Positions 23,790 through 36,931 of a stretch of 64,000 nt of DNA are shown here, in pieces. The position numbers and the translations under genes were made by a program. Source of the DNA: Octopus sinensis (taxonomy: Eukaryota); contig NC_042998.1 in NCBI RefSeq assembly GCF_006345805.1, positions 181,908,001 through 181,972,000 on the forward strand, read 5' to 3'. Every line of letters begins with the position of its first letter. The stretch's first letter is position 1. The notes under the pieces are model-generated. The model was not told the DNA's origin. It saw nothing but the letters and a program-made list of their open reading frames with translations, and ran no database searches.

Positions 23790-26700
23790 AGTTTTATCTT
23801 TAGCAATGTGGTGACAATTCTACCACTCAGGGCTGTTTCCTGTTCACTAAACTATTGTCAAGACACACATCTTTTTGACATCCTTAGGGCTGCATCCAGG
23901 GAAACACTGGTGATTTCAATTACTCAGAGATTGATTGGGAATCCTTTCAATGGCTGCAAAGCGCAAATGATTTCCTTGACATAGTACAGGTCTCAAGCAG
24001 TCACCTCCACCACAAGAGGTAACATCACTTTGGATCTGTTGTTCACCATTGCTCCTGAAGCTGTTATCAGCATAACTATCAGGAAACTTTTAGGCAACTC
24101 TGACTGCGCTATGATCATTGCCAATCAGTCTCTTGTGGGCAGAAAGAAATCCACCATCCCTCTAGACTGCTTGCTTTGATAGGAAGTCTTAATGTGCTGA
24201 ATTATGCATCCAGACTGCTTGCATTTTATGATTCTGGAGATATCAGCACACTCTTAATTTAATTTGGATCGTGTGCAGAATATCTACTGCTTAAATGCAT
24301 TAGAGACCCAAAACATGCAATATGGGAGACTGCAGCAGTCCACCTTGACAGGAAAGAATAAAAGAAAGGATGCTGAACATGAATTCAGATTACACAGAAC
24401 AGGATAATAGAAGGTGCAACAGAGTGTCCAACTATATTAAGCAAATGACTAAAAAAGGCAATACTTGAACAACATATAGCAATCCATCCAGATAATAAAG
24501 TGTTTTGGAAATGTGTGCGTTCAGAAGAGAGGCCTCACTCTCTAGTTGGCCCTTTTTATAATCCCCACACAGGTCAGATTAATGATCCCAAAGAATGTGC
24601 AGAACTTATTGGCTGAATGTTATGCTAGCATTTTTACTGTTTAAAATTAAAATTCCAAAACATTTGTTGAATTTATTCCTGCAATACTGCACAACTATGC
24701 CTCCGCTGGTTTTGATGATGTTTGCTTCTCAAATTCAATGGGCACTTCCTGCTAACTAGCTTTTACTACTTTTCAACTTCACTTTAATAGCTGTGTTACC
24801 CTGGAACAGTGGATAATTACCAGTATTATTTATCCTTCTGTCCTAAAACAGTGAGCACAAATCACCTGTCAAGTCCCATCCAGTCAGTCTCACAATCTAT
24901 TGCCAAGTTAATGGAGTCCTGTATTCGAATGGCTCTCTTGAATCTCTGGAATTCACATAACCTTATTCATTGAATTTATCCCCAACTCCATCTGCTGCAG
25001 TCAACTCAATGAATTTCTTGAAAACATCACCTGAATAATAGTTGGCAGCTCATGGATGGATGTTATCTGTCTCCACTTCACCAAAACCTTTAATTTGATA
25101 CCACACAAGCAATTTATTGGGAAATTTTCTGCAGTGGGTAAGGAAGGCCAATCTTTATAACTGGTTGAAGTCCTTCATTCTAGGTGGAAAAGAGTATGAC
25201 ATTAATACTAGGACAACATTCTACAGCTTTTGTGATGACATATGGTTTCCCCACAGAGACCTGTTCTCCGTCGCCTGTTATTTATTGCATACATTAATCA
25301 AATAGATGCTGACTTGAAACATGTTACTGTCTTAAAATATGCAGATAACAGTAACCTTGAACATCAAAATAAATATCAGCTTGAGGAGACCTATTGTGTC
25401 AAGTACATCAACATGAAAATAAATATCAAATGGAAATTGTAGTTGTGATACCTGTGGCGGTGGCATGTAAAATGCCGGTGGCACGCAAAAAGCACCAACT
25501 GATTGTGGCTGCTGCCAGCCTCCCCTGGCACCTGTGCCGGTGGCACGTAAAAAGCACCCGCTGCACTCAGGGAGTGGTTGGCGTTAGGAAGGGCATCCAG
25601 CTGTAGAAACACTGCCAGATCAGATTGGAGCCTGGTGCAGCCTCCTGGCTTCCCAGACCCCAGTCGAACCGTCCAACCCGTGCTAGCATGGAAAATGGAT
25701 GTTAAACGTTGATGATAAAGCTGTACCTTGCAACAACAAGAACAAATCTTTCCTGCTGTCTTACCTGGACACAGTGCAGCAATGAATTGCTGACTGGCAT
25801 CTCAAGTTGGCTGTAGTGTAGTGTATAGTGCCCCACTATAGATCTTCGGAGGAAAATCCTAGAATCTACTTACTCCCTCTACAATGCCAACCTTAAACAG
25901 TCTGCTGGTGAACATGACCTAGGCATTATTGTCAATGATAATCTGTGTTGGACAAACCACGTTTCTAAAATTGAGTGACTCATTAGTTGCCTATTTATCA
26001 TCATCATTGCTGTTTAACGTCCACTTTCCATGCTGGCATGGGTTGGATGGTTTGACTGTGGACTGGCAAGCCAGAAGGCGGCACCAGGCTCCAGTCTGAT
26101 CTGGCAAACTTTCTACAGCTGGATGCTCTTCCTAATGTCAACCACTGTGAGAGTATAGTGGGTGCTTTTTACGTGCCACTGGCTCGGGAACCTGTCAGGC
26201 GGCACTGGCATTGACCACGCCTGAATGGTGTTTTTTTACATGTCACTGGCATGGGTGCCAGTCAGGCGATACTGGCGTTGGCCATGACAATGACTTCACT
26301 TGACTCAGCAGATCTTTGCAAGTACAGTTTATTGCCCAGTGATTGAAGGGTACTCTTAAATGGCCCAGTTATGCTGCACTGGCATATTTAAAGCTATATA
26401 TATATATATATATATATATATGGACATGGTATGTCCACATTTAGAATTTTCATCTCCACTCTGGAATCCTGACCTTGTGCAGAGTATTGGTCTATTTGAA
26501 GCTGTCCAAAGATGTGCAACTAGATGAATACTCTCTCAGTCACTTAAAATATCTTGAACGTATTGCTTCTCTGGGCACTGATGTACTAATGTTTGACATT
26601 AGCTGCTGACTTGGTAGAAGGCTATAAGATAATTTACCATCTTTCTGACAACTTTGGCCATCTTTTTGAATTCAATATCTCTATACTTATGGACATGCTT

Positions 26701-26960
26701 ATAAAATCCCCAAACCTCAGTACCCATGACTTTTGGAAATGTTATTTTTTTTCTTGCTCAGAATTATTGAAGCATGGAATAAACTACCTGTGTCAGTATT
26801 TAGCTGTCACTTAGATGGACACTGCATCCATCTAAAATTCCATGCTTCACTAAATTTGCTGGCACTCCCCTTGATGTACCTATGCAACCCTTTCCTCTTT
26901 ATGGCTCTTTTGCTATTCACTTTTCTGTCTTTTACTGCTTTGTTCTGTGTTCAGTACATG
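23790..26960 (+). mobile_element. Degraded CR1-clade LINE ORF2 interrupted by two RTE-tail repeats
   Basis: Remnant motifs in order: GDFNYSEIDW, TRGNITLDLLFT, LGNSD, KVFWKCVR, PVSLTS-like, DVI..F.K.F..IPHK, LLFIAYIN..KYAD, HDLGIIV, FF.LRIIEAWNKLP. Insertions at ~25420-25715 and ~26000-26380. Confidence 0.85.
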
Positions 26961-27867
26961 TAGTACTTCTGGCTTTCATTGTTGCCTTTCTTTGCTTGAC
27001 TTATATGTTAGCCTTCTCTCTTCTCTTTTAACCTTTTCCAACAGTTTGTAGTGCACCTGAGCATGGTATACAACAAGCTCATAATTACTATTATGGTTAA
27101 GGTGGTGAGCTGGCAGAATTGTCAGCACACTGGATGAAATGCTTAGTGGTATTTCGCCTGTTGCTATATCTGAGTTCAAATTCTGTTGAGGTCACCTTTG
27201 CCTTTCATCCTTTCGGGGTTGATAAATTAAGTACCATTTGAGTACTGGGGTTGATATAACCAACTATCCCTCTCCCCCAAATTTCAGGCCTTGTGTCTAT
27301 AATAGAAAGGATTATTATTATTATGATCTAACACCACCACCACCACCACCATCTGTTCTAGCTCTTTGCAGTCTAATAGCTACAATTCCATGACACTGGT
27401 GCCAATCAATATTGGCCCAAGTCAGTAGCCTTTCTCTTGAATAAACCTCAGTGTCATAGAAAGGACTGATTTTTCTGGATCTTTTCAATTTGCCCAGGTT
27501 TGCATATTTACAGTGTTTGGGCTAAACTCGATAGTTTGCATAAAAGAAAAAGAAAACAATATTTCATCCAAAAATCAAAGTATTTAAAAAAAATCAAAAC
27601 ATACCAAGTACATCATGGCTGGGAAATAACAGTTTATCTAAATTGGCTACCCTTGGTGTTGCAGTCAGAGCAGTTGGCATGTTTCTCAACTGTGTCCCAT
27701 AGGAATACAATTGAAGGAGTTAACAGACCGGAAATTGGGGCTGGTGAAGTCATAGAAATTCTCTGTCAACCACTTCTGACTCTTTCGGTGGTCTGGCAAG
27801 GAGCTGAATCCTGCTGCCACACATATGACTGTCCAGCAGCAACTGCCTCCAGCTAGGGTTTGATGAT

Positions 27868-28120
27868 TGTTGTGATTTTGATCGTCTCGATTGCTGTTAT
27901 ATGCCTGCAGTGCGACTGTGTGGAGTTCTGTTCTGCTTGCAGATGACATGTTCAGCGTTGGTTTTGGTTAGTCTAGAATGTAGCAACTCGCTGCATAAAA
28001 TGTTATTGCGTTGAAGTTTGGTTTTGCTTACAATTTTAGCAATCTTTGTATTGTATATTGCTGTATTTTTAGTCAATTAAAACCTTTTAAACTTTGATAT
28101 TCGAGTTTGGGTTTATAACA
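27868..28120 (+). mobile_element. Solo LTR (253 bp)
   Basis: TGT...ACA termini, a 5-bp TSD ATGAT/ATGAC and an ATTAAA signal. Removing it restores the transposase codons E-I-V-I-K-P. Confidence 0.7.
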
Positions 28121-28147
28121 ATGACAATCTCCAGCAACTTCACATAG

Positions 28148-28457
28148 CTATCTATCTATCCGCTCAGTCGAAGTCGACTCTCGGTTACTCGTTGGATCAG
28201 TGTCCTCCAGTCAGTTCTATCCTGGGCTGCTTCTTTCAAATTGGCTACGTCCATTCCGGTATCACTCTTGATGGTGTCAAGCCAGCGGGTTCTTGGTCGG
28301 CCTCTTCCTCTCTTGCCACTGACCATTCCGAGCATGATGTCCTTCTCCAGGGATTTTCTCCACATAATATGACTGAAATAAGCCAATCTATGCTTGGTGA
28401 TCCTAGCTTCTAGTGACATTTTCGGCCTGATCTGCTTAAGAACTTCTCCATTGAAAG
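28148..28457 (-). mobile_element. Short 5'-truncated RTE-type LINE 3' end with (GATA)n tail
   Basis: EVLKQIRPKMSLEARITKHRLAYFSHIM.RKSLEKDIMLGMVSGKRGRGRPRTRWLD...W..LIQRVTESRLRL is a typical RTE C-terminus. Confidence 0.85.
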
Positions 28458-30012
28458 CCCTGTTCAAAGATATGGGGTGGCATGCTGTCACCCTCACTAG
28501 AGACACCCCAAAACCATCACAGTTTGGGGAAATTTGGTTTTCATATATGGGACAAACCACCTGCTGTTCTGGGTGTTGTGCACCTGGTCCTGGTAGAAGT
28601 TATTTCCATCTGTGAAAAACCATATCATCCCCAGCTCATCTGGATGCCTCCCCTTGTTCAGGAGCTTTTTTACTTTCATGAAGCAGATCTCTTCCAAAAT
28701 TCAGATGACTTCTATTTCTCCATGTCAGCTAACTTTTTCTCAACTACAATTTTCATCTCTATGCTCTCCGATGCCTTTGATTGTTGACCAATACATCAAG
28801 CTGTTCCTGAGAAAAAGGAGACATAAAAAAATCTCAGACTTAACCCAAACACCCTGTATATGCAGATGCATGGTCAGTCTTGAAAACATCTGTAAGTAAT
28901 GTGTGAAAAAAACAATGAACTGTTGTGTATTTGATCTAATATTTTTGATATGCTCTCTTGTGTCTTGATCTAGTGGAAAGCAGGAAAACTAAGTGATCAT
29001 TTAAGTGATCATTTATGGCCTGTTTATGTTGTTGAAGCCCTGAGAGTGGTAAAAAAAGATATTCGATCAAAGTTGGAGCAATGTATTCTGTGAATGTGTA
29101 TAGCAAGTGCTGTGTTTAGTTTTCTGTTTTCGTTATAGTTAGTCTCTGAAACAATTACAAAAGAATTCAAGATTGGGTGCTCATGAGAATCCATATGTGC
29201 CAATGATCTGCTTCCTACAACAAAATCACTGAAGCTCATCATCTATAGTGTTTTATGTTCACTTTTCCATGCTGGCATGGGTTTGATGGTTTCTCTGAGG
29301 CTGTGTTTTACAGCTGAATGCCCTTCCTGTCACAAACCCTTTCAGTTGATTCTTATGACAGGAATGTGGTGTGCCTACTCTAAAACAGAGATACACATGG
29401 TAAAGTCAGTGAAGCTAATGTAGAAGAAACTTGAAAACGGCAAGAAAGAATTTGAGTCAAGGAATATGAACAAGACTAAATATTTATTAAAAATAGGCCA
29501 ACTTATGCTAGCTTGGAAAAGTAGACATTAAATAAAGCCATATTTTGCAGCAGAGTTTTTGTATGATCTTAAATATATCTCCCACCAGACATACATTATA
29601 TTTATGTGCAGAGATCTTGAAGGCATTTTTCTATGAGAGTATGACAACCTAGTTCAGGGCCATCTTCACAGCATTATAGGTCTCCAAGCAAAGTATTGCA
29701 CTGGGATTCTTGCATTCACAATCACAGTATACATAGATTAGTATCAGGTTCTGTAAACTTACAAGGCCCCCAGTGTGTGCTTTATACTGACATAAAAATG
29801 CATTTAACAACTTAAAAACAATGACTTTCAGTAAGTGTATCTCACCTTACATGTTTTATACTAAATGTACTCTCTTCTCCACAATGCAGCCCTTTAGAAC
29901 AATTTGCCAAATTTTTTCCTACTTACAGATGTTCAAACTGAACATACCCTGCCAATTTAACATTACCTGTTTGAGAGGACATGTAAAGACCATAAGAATT
30001 GCTTCTACTTTA

Positions 30013-30212
30013 CTCTTTTACTTGTTTCAGTCATTTGACTGCGGCCATGCTGGAGCACCGCTTTTAGTCGAGCAAATCGACCCCGGGACTTATTCTTTGT
30101 AAGTCCAGTACTTATTCTATCGGTCTCTTTTGCCGAACCGCTAAGTGACGGGGACATAAACACACCAGCATCGGTTGTCAAGCAATGCTAGGGGTCAAAC
30201 ACAGACACACAA

Positions 30213-30269
<57 letters not shown>

Positions 30270-30430
30270 TACGACGGGCTTCTTTCAGTTTCCGTCTACC
30301 AAATCCACTCACAAGGCATTGGTCGGCCCGGGGCCATAGCAGAAGACACTTGCCCAAGATGCCACGCAGTGGGACTGAACCCGGAACCATGTGGTTGGTT
30401 AGCAAGCTACTTACCACACAGCCACTCCCG
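30013..30430 (-). mobile_element. SINE family A, full length
   Basis: Head, (TA)n and tail ...gctccagcatggccgcagtcaaatgactgaaacaagtaaaaga. Similar copies lie at 49030-49435, 56655-57085, 32880-33190, 57140-57500 and 58620-58775. Confidence 0.85.
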
Positions 30431-31782
30431 CACTTTCTATAAACACTAAGCTTCACAGTCTCAGTTGACCTTTCATAGCAGTTGCACATCTATAACAATT
30501 AACACTTAATGTCAATGATTGGGCTTCTTCAGAACAAAAAAAATTATTGATGTTCTGATCACTTTCTGATTTTTACAAGGCACATATACACCCAGCATTA
30601 AGTTAGGAGGAAGTCATGTACCTGAGATGGCGTAGCTATTACACAAGCACATACAAATATTCTATGAGCCCAAATGCATCTGACTGAAAGGCAAACTTTC
30701 ATTGAAAACATGCCACAAACCCTACCGACCACTGATATGTTGTGAATTGGTGTTTGTTTTACTTAATTTGTTTATTTCTAGTTATTGTCTCTGCCATATG
30801 GAGAGTGATATTGAAATTGTAACAGATTATATGTTTCTTTGTTTTGAAAATTTTCAGTCTTTTTCAAAAGTACTTTTCAAAGATATTTCAACAGTGTTTT
30901 TTTTTCTATATAAACCTGTGCTTCTGTAATGAATTCTAGAACGGAGTTAATGCTGTATACAAAAAGTATGAGGTTATCCATTTTGGCATTGAGCAAAACA
31001 ATGCAAAGAGTGTGAGGTTATTCATCTTGGCATTGAGCAAAACAAGGTAAATTTTTATCCTGATTTATTTTACTTTAGTATGTTCAATGCAATAGGTTTC
31101 ATTTCTAGTATTAGCAATGCTGCTATTCTTGTATAGCATCTTGTTGGTGATGATTCTTACCTATTCCTTGGCCCTTGTTTCATTGAAGGTATTTGGCTTA
31201 GTGAGTAGAGTGCTTGGCTCATGACAATAAAGATTGTGGATTCTATTTCTGGACCAGGCAACATATTGTATCATTGAGCAAGGCATTTCTAAAAAGCACC
31301 ATCCGAACGTGGCTGATGCCAGCATCGCCTGACTGGCATCTGTGTTGGTGACACGTAAAAAGCACCAACCGGTCGTGGCTGTTTGCCAGCCTCCTCTGGC
31401 CCCTGTGCCGGTGGCACGTAAAAAGCACACACTACACTTATGGAGTGGTTGGCGTTAGGAAGGGCATCCAGCTGTAGAAACACTGCCAGATCAGACTGGA
31501 GCTTGTCACAGCCTCCTGGTCGAACTGTCAAACTCATGCTAGCATGGAAAATGGGCGTTAAACGATGATGATGATGATTGCTCCAATCTACCCAGCTGAA
31601 GTACTAGTGCAACCCTCTCTCCCTTCAGCTGTCACATCCCTGATGTTCTGTTGGGTCAAAAGTGAGAGGGCTCAGAGGGTATCTATTTTCACACACTATT
31701 ACATAGACACCGAAAGTGAGAGTATGGTACCTGCTACAAGTGAAGGCTTTGGTGTTTATGGTTTTTGGCTCATTCATTCTCT

Positions 31783-31985
31783 TAACCCTTTAGCATTCAG
31801 ATTACTCTATCAAATGTAATGCTTATTTATTCTCATTGCTTTAAATTTATCATTCATTATTTTGTAACTTCAAGATTTTAATGATGTGATTGTTTATTTG
31901 AAGAATGTCATCCTAGGTAGGGTACATGTGAGAAGCCAGATCTGGTCTGAACAAGTAGAATATTTGGGTTGGATGTGGCCAGGTC
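31783..31985 (+). mobile_element. Degraded piggyBac-like MITE
   Basis: Starts TTAA|CCCTTTAGCATT. The right end is degenerate. Confidence 0.4.
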
Positions 31986-33724
31986 AGATGTTAAATGTAT
32001 AAAGACATTTGATCTTTATACATTCCTTACTTTTACATTCTCAAAAGGGTGTTGCCTGATGGAAAGTGATGTTTGATATTTTCATTCACTTTATATCTTT
32101 TATTTTATCTTTAACCATTTAAGTGAATTTGTTGGTACTGCTGTAGCTGTTAATACTTTTGCTCTTCTTGGTAACACTTCGTATTGGATGACAATATAGC
32201 ACTTGTTATAAGTTGCATCGATGGTACACACACACACGTTATTGTAAGTGGTTCAGACAATAGTGGTTTTGAAGCATTATTCTTACATTTTTCTTTTATT
32301 GAATGCCCTACAGCTGGATGCCCTCCCTAATGCCAACCACTCCGAGAGAGTAGTGGGTGCTTTTTACTTGCCACAGGCACGGGGGCCAGTCAGATGGCAC
32401 TGGCATCAACCACGCTTGAATGGTGCCTTGGCAACACTGGCATCAGTCATGCTCGAATGAATGATGCTTTTTACGTGCCAGTCAGGCGGCACTGGCATCA
32501 GCCATGCTTGAATGGTGCTTTTTATGTGCCACCAGTGTCTCTCAGTAGAGGAAATACATTGCTACCATAGTTGGAGAGAGAAAGATGATGGAGATGTATG
32601 TGTGTGTGTGTATCATCATTGTTTAACATCCGTTTTCCATGCTAGCATGGGTTGGACGGTTCAACCGGGGTCTGGGAAGCGAGGAGGCTGCACCAGGCTC
32701 CAGTCTGATCTGGCAGTGTTTCTACAGCTGGATGCCCTTCCTAACACCAACCACTCCATGAGTGTAGTGGGTGCTTTTTACGTGCCAGGGGAGGCTGGCA
32801 AGTGGCCACAGTCGGTTGGTGCTTTTACGTGTCGTGTGTGTGTGTGTGTAGGTAGGTATGTCTTTTATCTCAATTATTAGACTGCAGCCATGCTGGGGCA
32901 CAGCCTTAAATTTTTAGTCAAATGAATCAACCTGAGTACTTATTTTCTAAATCTGGTACTTATTCTATCAGTCCCTTTTACAGGTACTCAAACACTGGTG
33001 GGACAAACGTGCATAGATATATACATGACAGGCTTCTTTCAGTTTCTGTCTACCAAATCCACTCACAGCGCTTTGGTTGCACGAGACTATAGTAGAAGAT
33101 ACTTACTTGTTCAAGGTGCTACATAGTGGGACTGAACCTAAAACCATGCGGTTGGGAAGCAAGCTTCTTACCTCACAACCATGCCTACACCTTGACTTTC
33201 CATGACTTTTTGTGTTTTAATCCAAAATGGAGACGTACACCAGTGTTCCATGTGATAGACTTGATAATTGTTGAGGGACTTCTCTTAACATGAAACCAAT
33301 GGTAGCCTTAATACACAAATTTAAAAAAATCTTTATCCACCAATACGGTGTTGAGCACTCATTGCTTGATATTTGTGTATATGTAAAAATATATCCATCT
33401 TTCCATCCTCTCCACCAACTATTCCTAGGAGGTTCTTGGGTGATACCTCCTCTATAGAGCCCTATCAGAAGCAACTGTCATTACACTTTTTGGCTGAATT
33501 CTTAAGCATGACCATCTGAGGCTATGGATATTACCTAACTATCCCATTCTCGGTCTATCCTATAATCTTTTGCTGGTTGCCTTGGCTTGAAGAATCTGTC
33601 TTGTAACTCTTTCCTGGAGCTATAATAAAAGACACTTGCCTAAGGTGCCGTGCAGTAGGACAGAAACTAGAGGTACATGATTGGGAAGCAAGCTTCTCAA
33701 CTATAGAGTTATAATTGTGCCCAT

Positions 33725-33960
33725 CATCATTGTTCGACCGTGGTCAAGACAATGGAATTTACCATGCTACGCCAGACTTCACGGTCCATCATAGCATTAC
33801 AGAGGTCCTGTTGCTGGATGCCTGTATCCCTGGATATTACATCAGGGTAGGAGAGTGTGCGCCCTCTGGTATTGCGAGTAGATGGCTTCCAGAGGAGAAG
33901 AGTAGAAATTGCCTGTGTGCCCGTAGTCATCTCTGTGCCATGTGTAAAGCTTATGATTTT
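33725..33960 (-). mobile_element. RTE-like LINE C-terminal fragment
   Basis: LLLWKPS...RGRTLSYPDVISRDTG...L.NAMMDREVWR..V is an RTE-type C-terminus. Confidence 0.7.
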
Positions 33961-35130
33961 CAGATCTGATGGGATCAGTCTTTAAATATTCCTACATATA
34001 TGAATGGTTAATAAATACCTCGATACAGTTGGTCATTGTGATGTGATAGTTTATTGGAGATAGTAGACAACTTTCCTTGTGTGTGTATATACAAGAGTTA
34101 AGGAATGGAGTTGATAAGATCCAGGCTACATATGCTTCGTAGCGAGCGGAACCTCAGATGTGGTGAATATCCAAGCAAAGTGTATACCGCAGGCTTACTC
34201 GTCAGGGCAAGGGTATTTTAATTAAAATGAAGTTTACATTGGCGTAAGGATATATATATATATATCTTTTGCGCACTAAATAAATTGAGACAATGGCATT
34301 TTAAATATTAATAGACACAGCACTATACTAAATACTTTCATGAGCTAATGCACATTAGGACAGTGAGCTGGCAGAATGCTTAGTGATATTTTTTCCGATT
34401 CATTACGTTCTTGTGTTTAAATTCCGCCGAGATAGACTCTGCCTTTCATCCTTTCGGGGTCGATAACATAAATATTAGTTGACCCCTGGAGTCGCTGTCA
34501 TCATTGACTAACACCCTCCTACTAAAAAACTGCTGGCCTTGCGCCAAAATTTGGAATCATTTATTATATATATGGGATCTTTTCACTTTGACCGGTAGAT
34601 TTAAAAAATAATTTCTTTGTAACTAAACACTTCTAAACTTCGTATACTGGTAGAATGTGTCACATAAAACATCTTTTTCTCTTGGCGTTCTTGAGAAAAT
34701 TCTGTAGTTTGTAAGCTATTTGTTGTTAAATTTCTTGTATTTCGGCAATTTCAACCAATCAGTGACGTCTATTGAGGTGAATACAATTACTGCTATTGTT
34801 TAGGATGGATACGTTCTCTAAGTTAGCAATAAAAATCTGTAAGAAATTGATTTATGAAGGAAAAAGAAAACAATCCTGTAAACAAAGACATATAATTAAA
34901 ATGGTAGAATGGGTATTTTATCTTGTATTTTGTCGTAATCCCTACATTCTGCGTTTAGTTTTTGTTGAGATTGACTTTGCTTTTCATCTTTCTTCAGTTG
35001 ATAAAATATAAGTTCCAGTCAAGCACTGGGGTGTGGTGATCGATTTGATATAATCGACATCTAAATACCAACTGATAGTGCTCTGATGGTTTCCAGTGAT
35101 GAACTGTTCCTATGCATGGTATCATACTCT

Positions 35131-35367
35131 AGATAGGCGGCGAGCTGGCAGAAACATTAGCACGCCGGGCGAAATGCTTAGAGGTATTTCGTCTGCCGTT
35201 ACGTTCTGAGTTCAAATTCCGCCGAGGTCGACTTTGCCTTTCATCCTTTCGGGGTCGATAAATTAAGTACCAGTTACGCACTGGGGTCGATGTAATCGAC
35301 TTAATACCTATGTCTGTCCTTGTTTGTCCCCCTCTATGTTTAGCCCCTTGTGGGTAATAAAGAAATA
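35131..35367 (+). mobile_element. SINE family B (tRNA-derived head, Meta-domain-like core), full length
   Basis: ggcggcgagctggcagaa...gttcaaattcc...gcctttcatcctttcggggtcgataaattaagtaccag, with a 13-bp TSD GGTATCATACTCT. Other copies lie at ~930-1570 (-), 3851-4078, 17700-18025, 27105-27310, 34365-34560, 38800-38980, 39240-39430 (-) and 47655-47840 (-). The family name is from recollection. Confidence 0.85.
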
Positions 35368-36115
35368 GGTATCATACTCTGGATGAATCGAGTCAAAGAA
35401 AGTGAAGTGCTTTAGCCACGACCACAATACAGCATTAATAACCGGATATTAAACGTTAACCATTTAATTAGTAAGAATGTCACATCAGTTTAAAACTGAT
35501 AATGCACGTAACATGATACGTAGTGAAGCGAAAACGTAGAAACTCTTCCGAAAACCAGGCTGCTGAAACTGAAACAAGATTACCACGAAACAATAAATGA
35601 TATGTCGTGGTTGTACGTAAAGGTTCTAGTACCATCCCAGCATTCTTCCTGAAAATTATTTGTTTTCCTCCCCAATCTCGTTCTTTTGTTGTCATAGGAC
35701 TTTAAAAAGATTTACTCAGCTGTCACGTACATCTTCAGAATAGCTTTCATTTTCTACTGTATTGCAGCTACGTAAAATCACACTTGAATTTTTGTATATT
35801 CATATAATAAAAATAGATACTTTAAGTGGAAAAATAATATGTACATGTAAATTAATTTTTTAGTTTTTTTAAAAAAATACTCATATCAATAGAATATGTC
35901 AATTTAAACTACAATCTACTTTTATTGTTTTGGACAGTAATCATTGAGCAGCCCTTGCTTTTTACCCCTTTTAGAACTTTTTATTTAGTTAACTAGAAAA
36001 ATCTGGCCTTCTTTTATAAAATATCCGCCTCTAAGTTCTTTATCAAATTAGCAGCTAGTTCAGATTATTATGTAGAATGAAGTGAGTGTCTAACACACCA
36101 ATCCCACTTCATTTA

Positions 36116-36627
36116 CTGTAAATCCTCGAGTATAGTCCGCCCTTGAGTATAATACGCAGGGGATTTTTAGGGAGCTGTACCTCTGAAAAACCTAAACCTT
36201 GTGTATAATACGCATCCCTTTTCTAACTTGTGTCAAGGAGGTCTATATAACGTCCTTGGTTTGTAAAAATGTATATGGTAACGTCCTTTATTATTATTGT
36301 ACATAAAACATAATGCAAACATGAAGCTTTTTAGTGCATTTTGTTTGCAGAAAATAAAGAAATAACAGTAATAACGTTTACTAAATGTTGCTTGCTGCAA
36401 GTGATGGACGATTCTGTTATGACTTCATCGCTTTCAGGCTTAACTTAAGGTATTTTCACGCCCGACATCACAAAATGCGTCTGAATAAACATTGCCGGAC
36501 AACAAATAGAGACTCGGACATTGCTTAGAAAATAATTTTCATTTTTAACCTCGTAAATAGTACGCACTCGGGACTTTGACCTTTAAATTTTTTGGGAAAA
36601 ATGCGCATTATACTCGAGGATTTACGG
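36116..36627 (+). mobile_element. Tc1/mariner-superfamily (pogo-like) MITE
   Basis: TIR c(t/c)gtaaatcctcgagtata with TA flanks; 512 bp. Confidence 0.8.
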
Positions 36628-36840
36628 TATAATACTTTGAAATTGTTCAACAGAATTCCGATGTTTAGTCTGTGGGGTAGAAATCCTCATCTTTTTAACG
36701 TCATCTGAAGAAAACGCAATTTTTTTAGAGTGTTTAGTGTAATTTTTTATTCCTTGTGATTAGAATCGGATATTCAGAAGAAAGTTATTAGTTATAGATA
36801 GAATTGCTTTTAGTATTTTCAGAATTTGCTAATACTTCAC

Positions 36841-36931
36841 CTTCACACATTTCTCTTGTAACGTTTGATAAAGCATTATGTACTGTTCATCATACCAAGG
36901 AAATATCTTTGTGGAAACTTTCTTTGCATCC
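36841..36931 (-). CDS. Candidate coding exon (DAKKVSTKIFPWYDEQYIMLYQTLQEKCVK)
   Basis: Acceptor tactgtattgtag| and donor AAG|GTGAAG; 91 nt open. The phase-2 start matches the 38243 exon. Confidence 0.3.

Larger units (their letters stand above)
27510..28858 (-). mobile_element. Degraded Tc1/mariner DD37D (maT-like) transposon with two nested insertions
   Basis: TIRs are tacagtgtttgggctaa (27509) and ttaacccaaacaccctgta (28858). Remnants KKLLNK..HP...MIWFF.D..NFYQDQ, KTKFPQTVMV.GC, YVKLLE.VIKP, YVWQQDSAPC and WLTENFYDFTSPNF are present. Confidence 0.85.

Noticed and set aside
32124-32170. EFVGTAVAVNTFALL as an RNASEH2A exon (cf. DFVGWALDVLSP)
   Set aside because: It lacks the conserved W and LSP residues and has a weak donor; probably a chance resemblance.
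34095-34235. Possible hammerhead ribozyme (CTGACGAG on the minus strand)
   Set aside because: No correctly placed GAAA or stem II/III. The nearby hairpin GCTAC..GTAGC does not fit the core.
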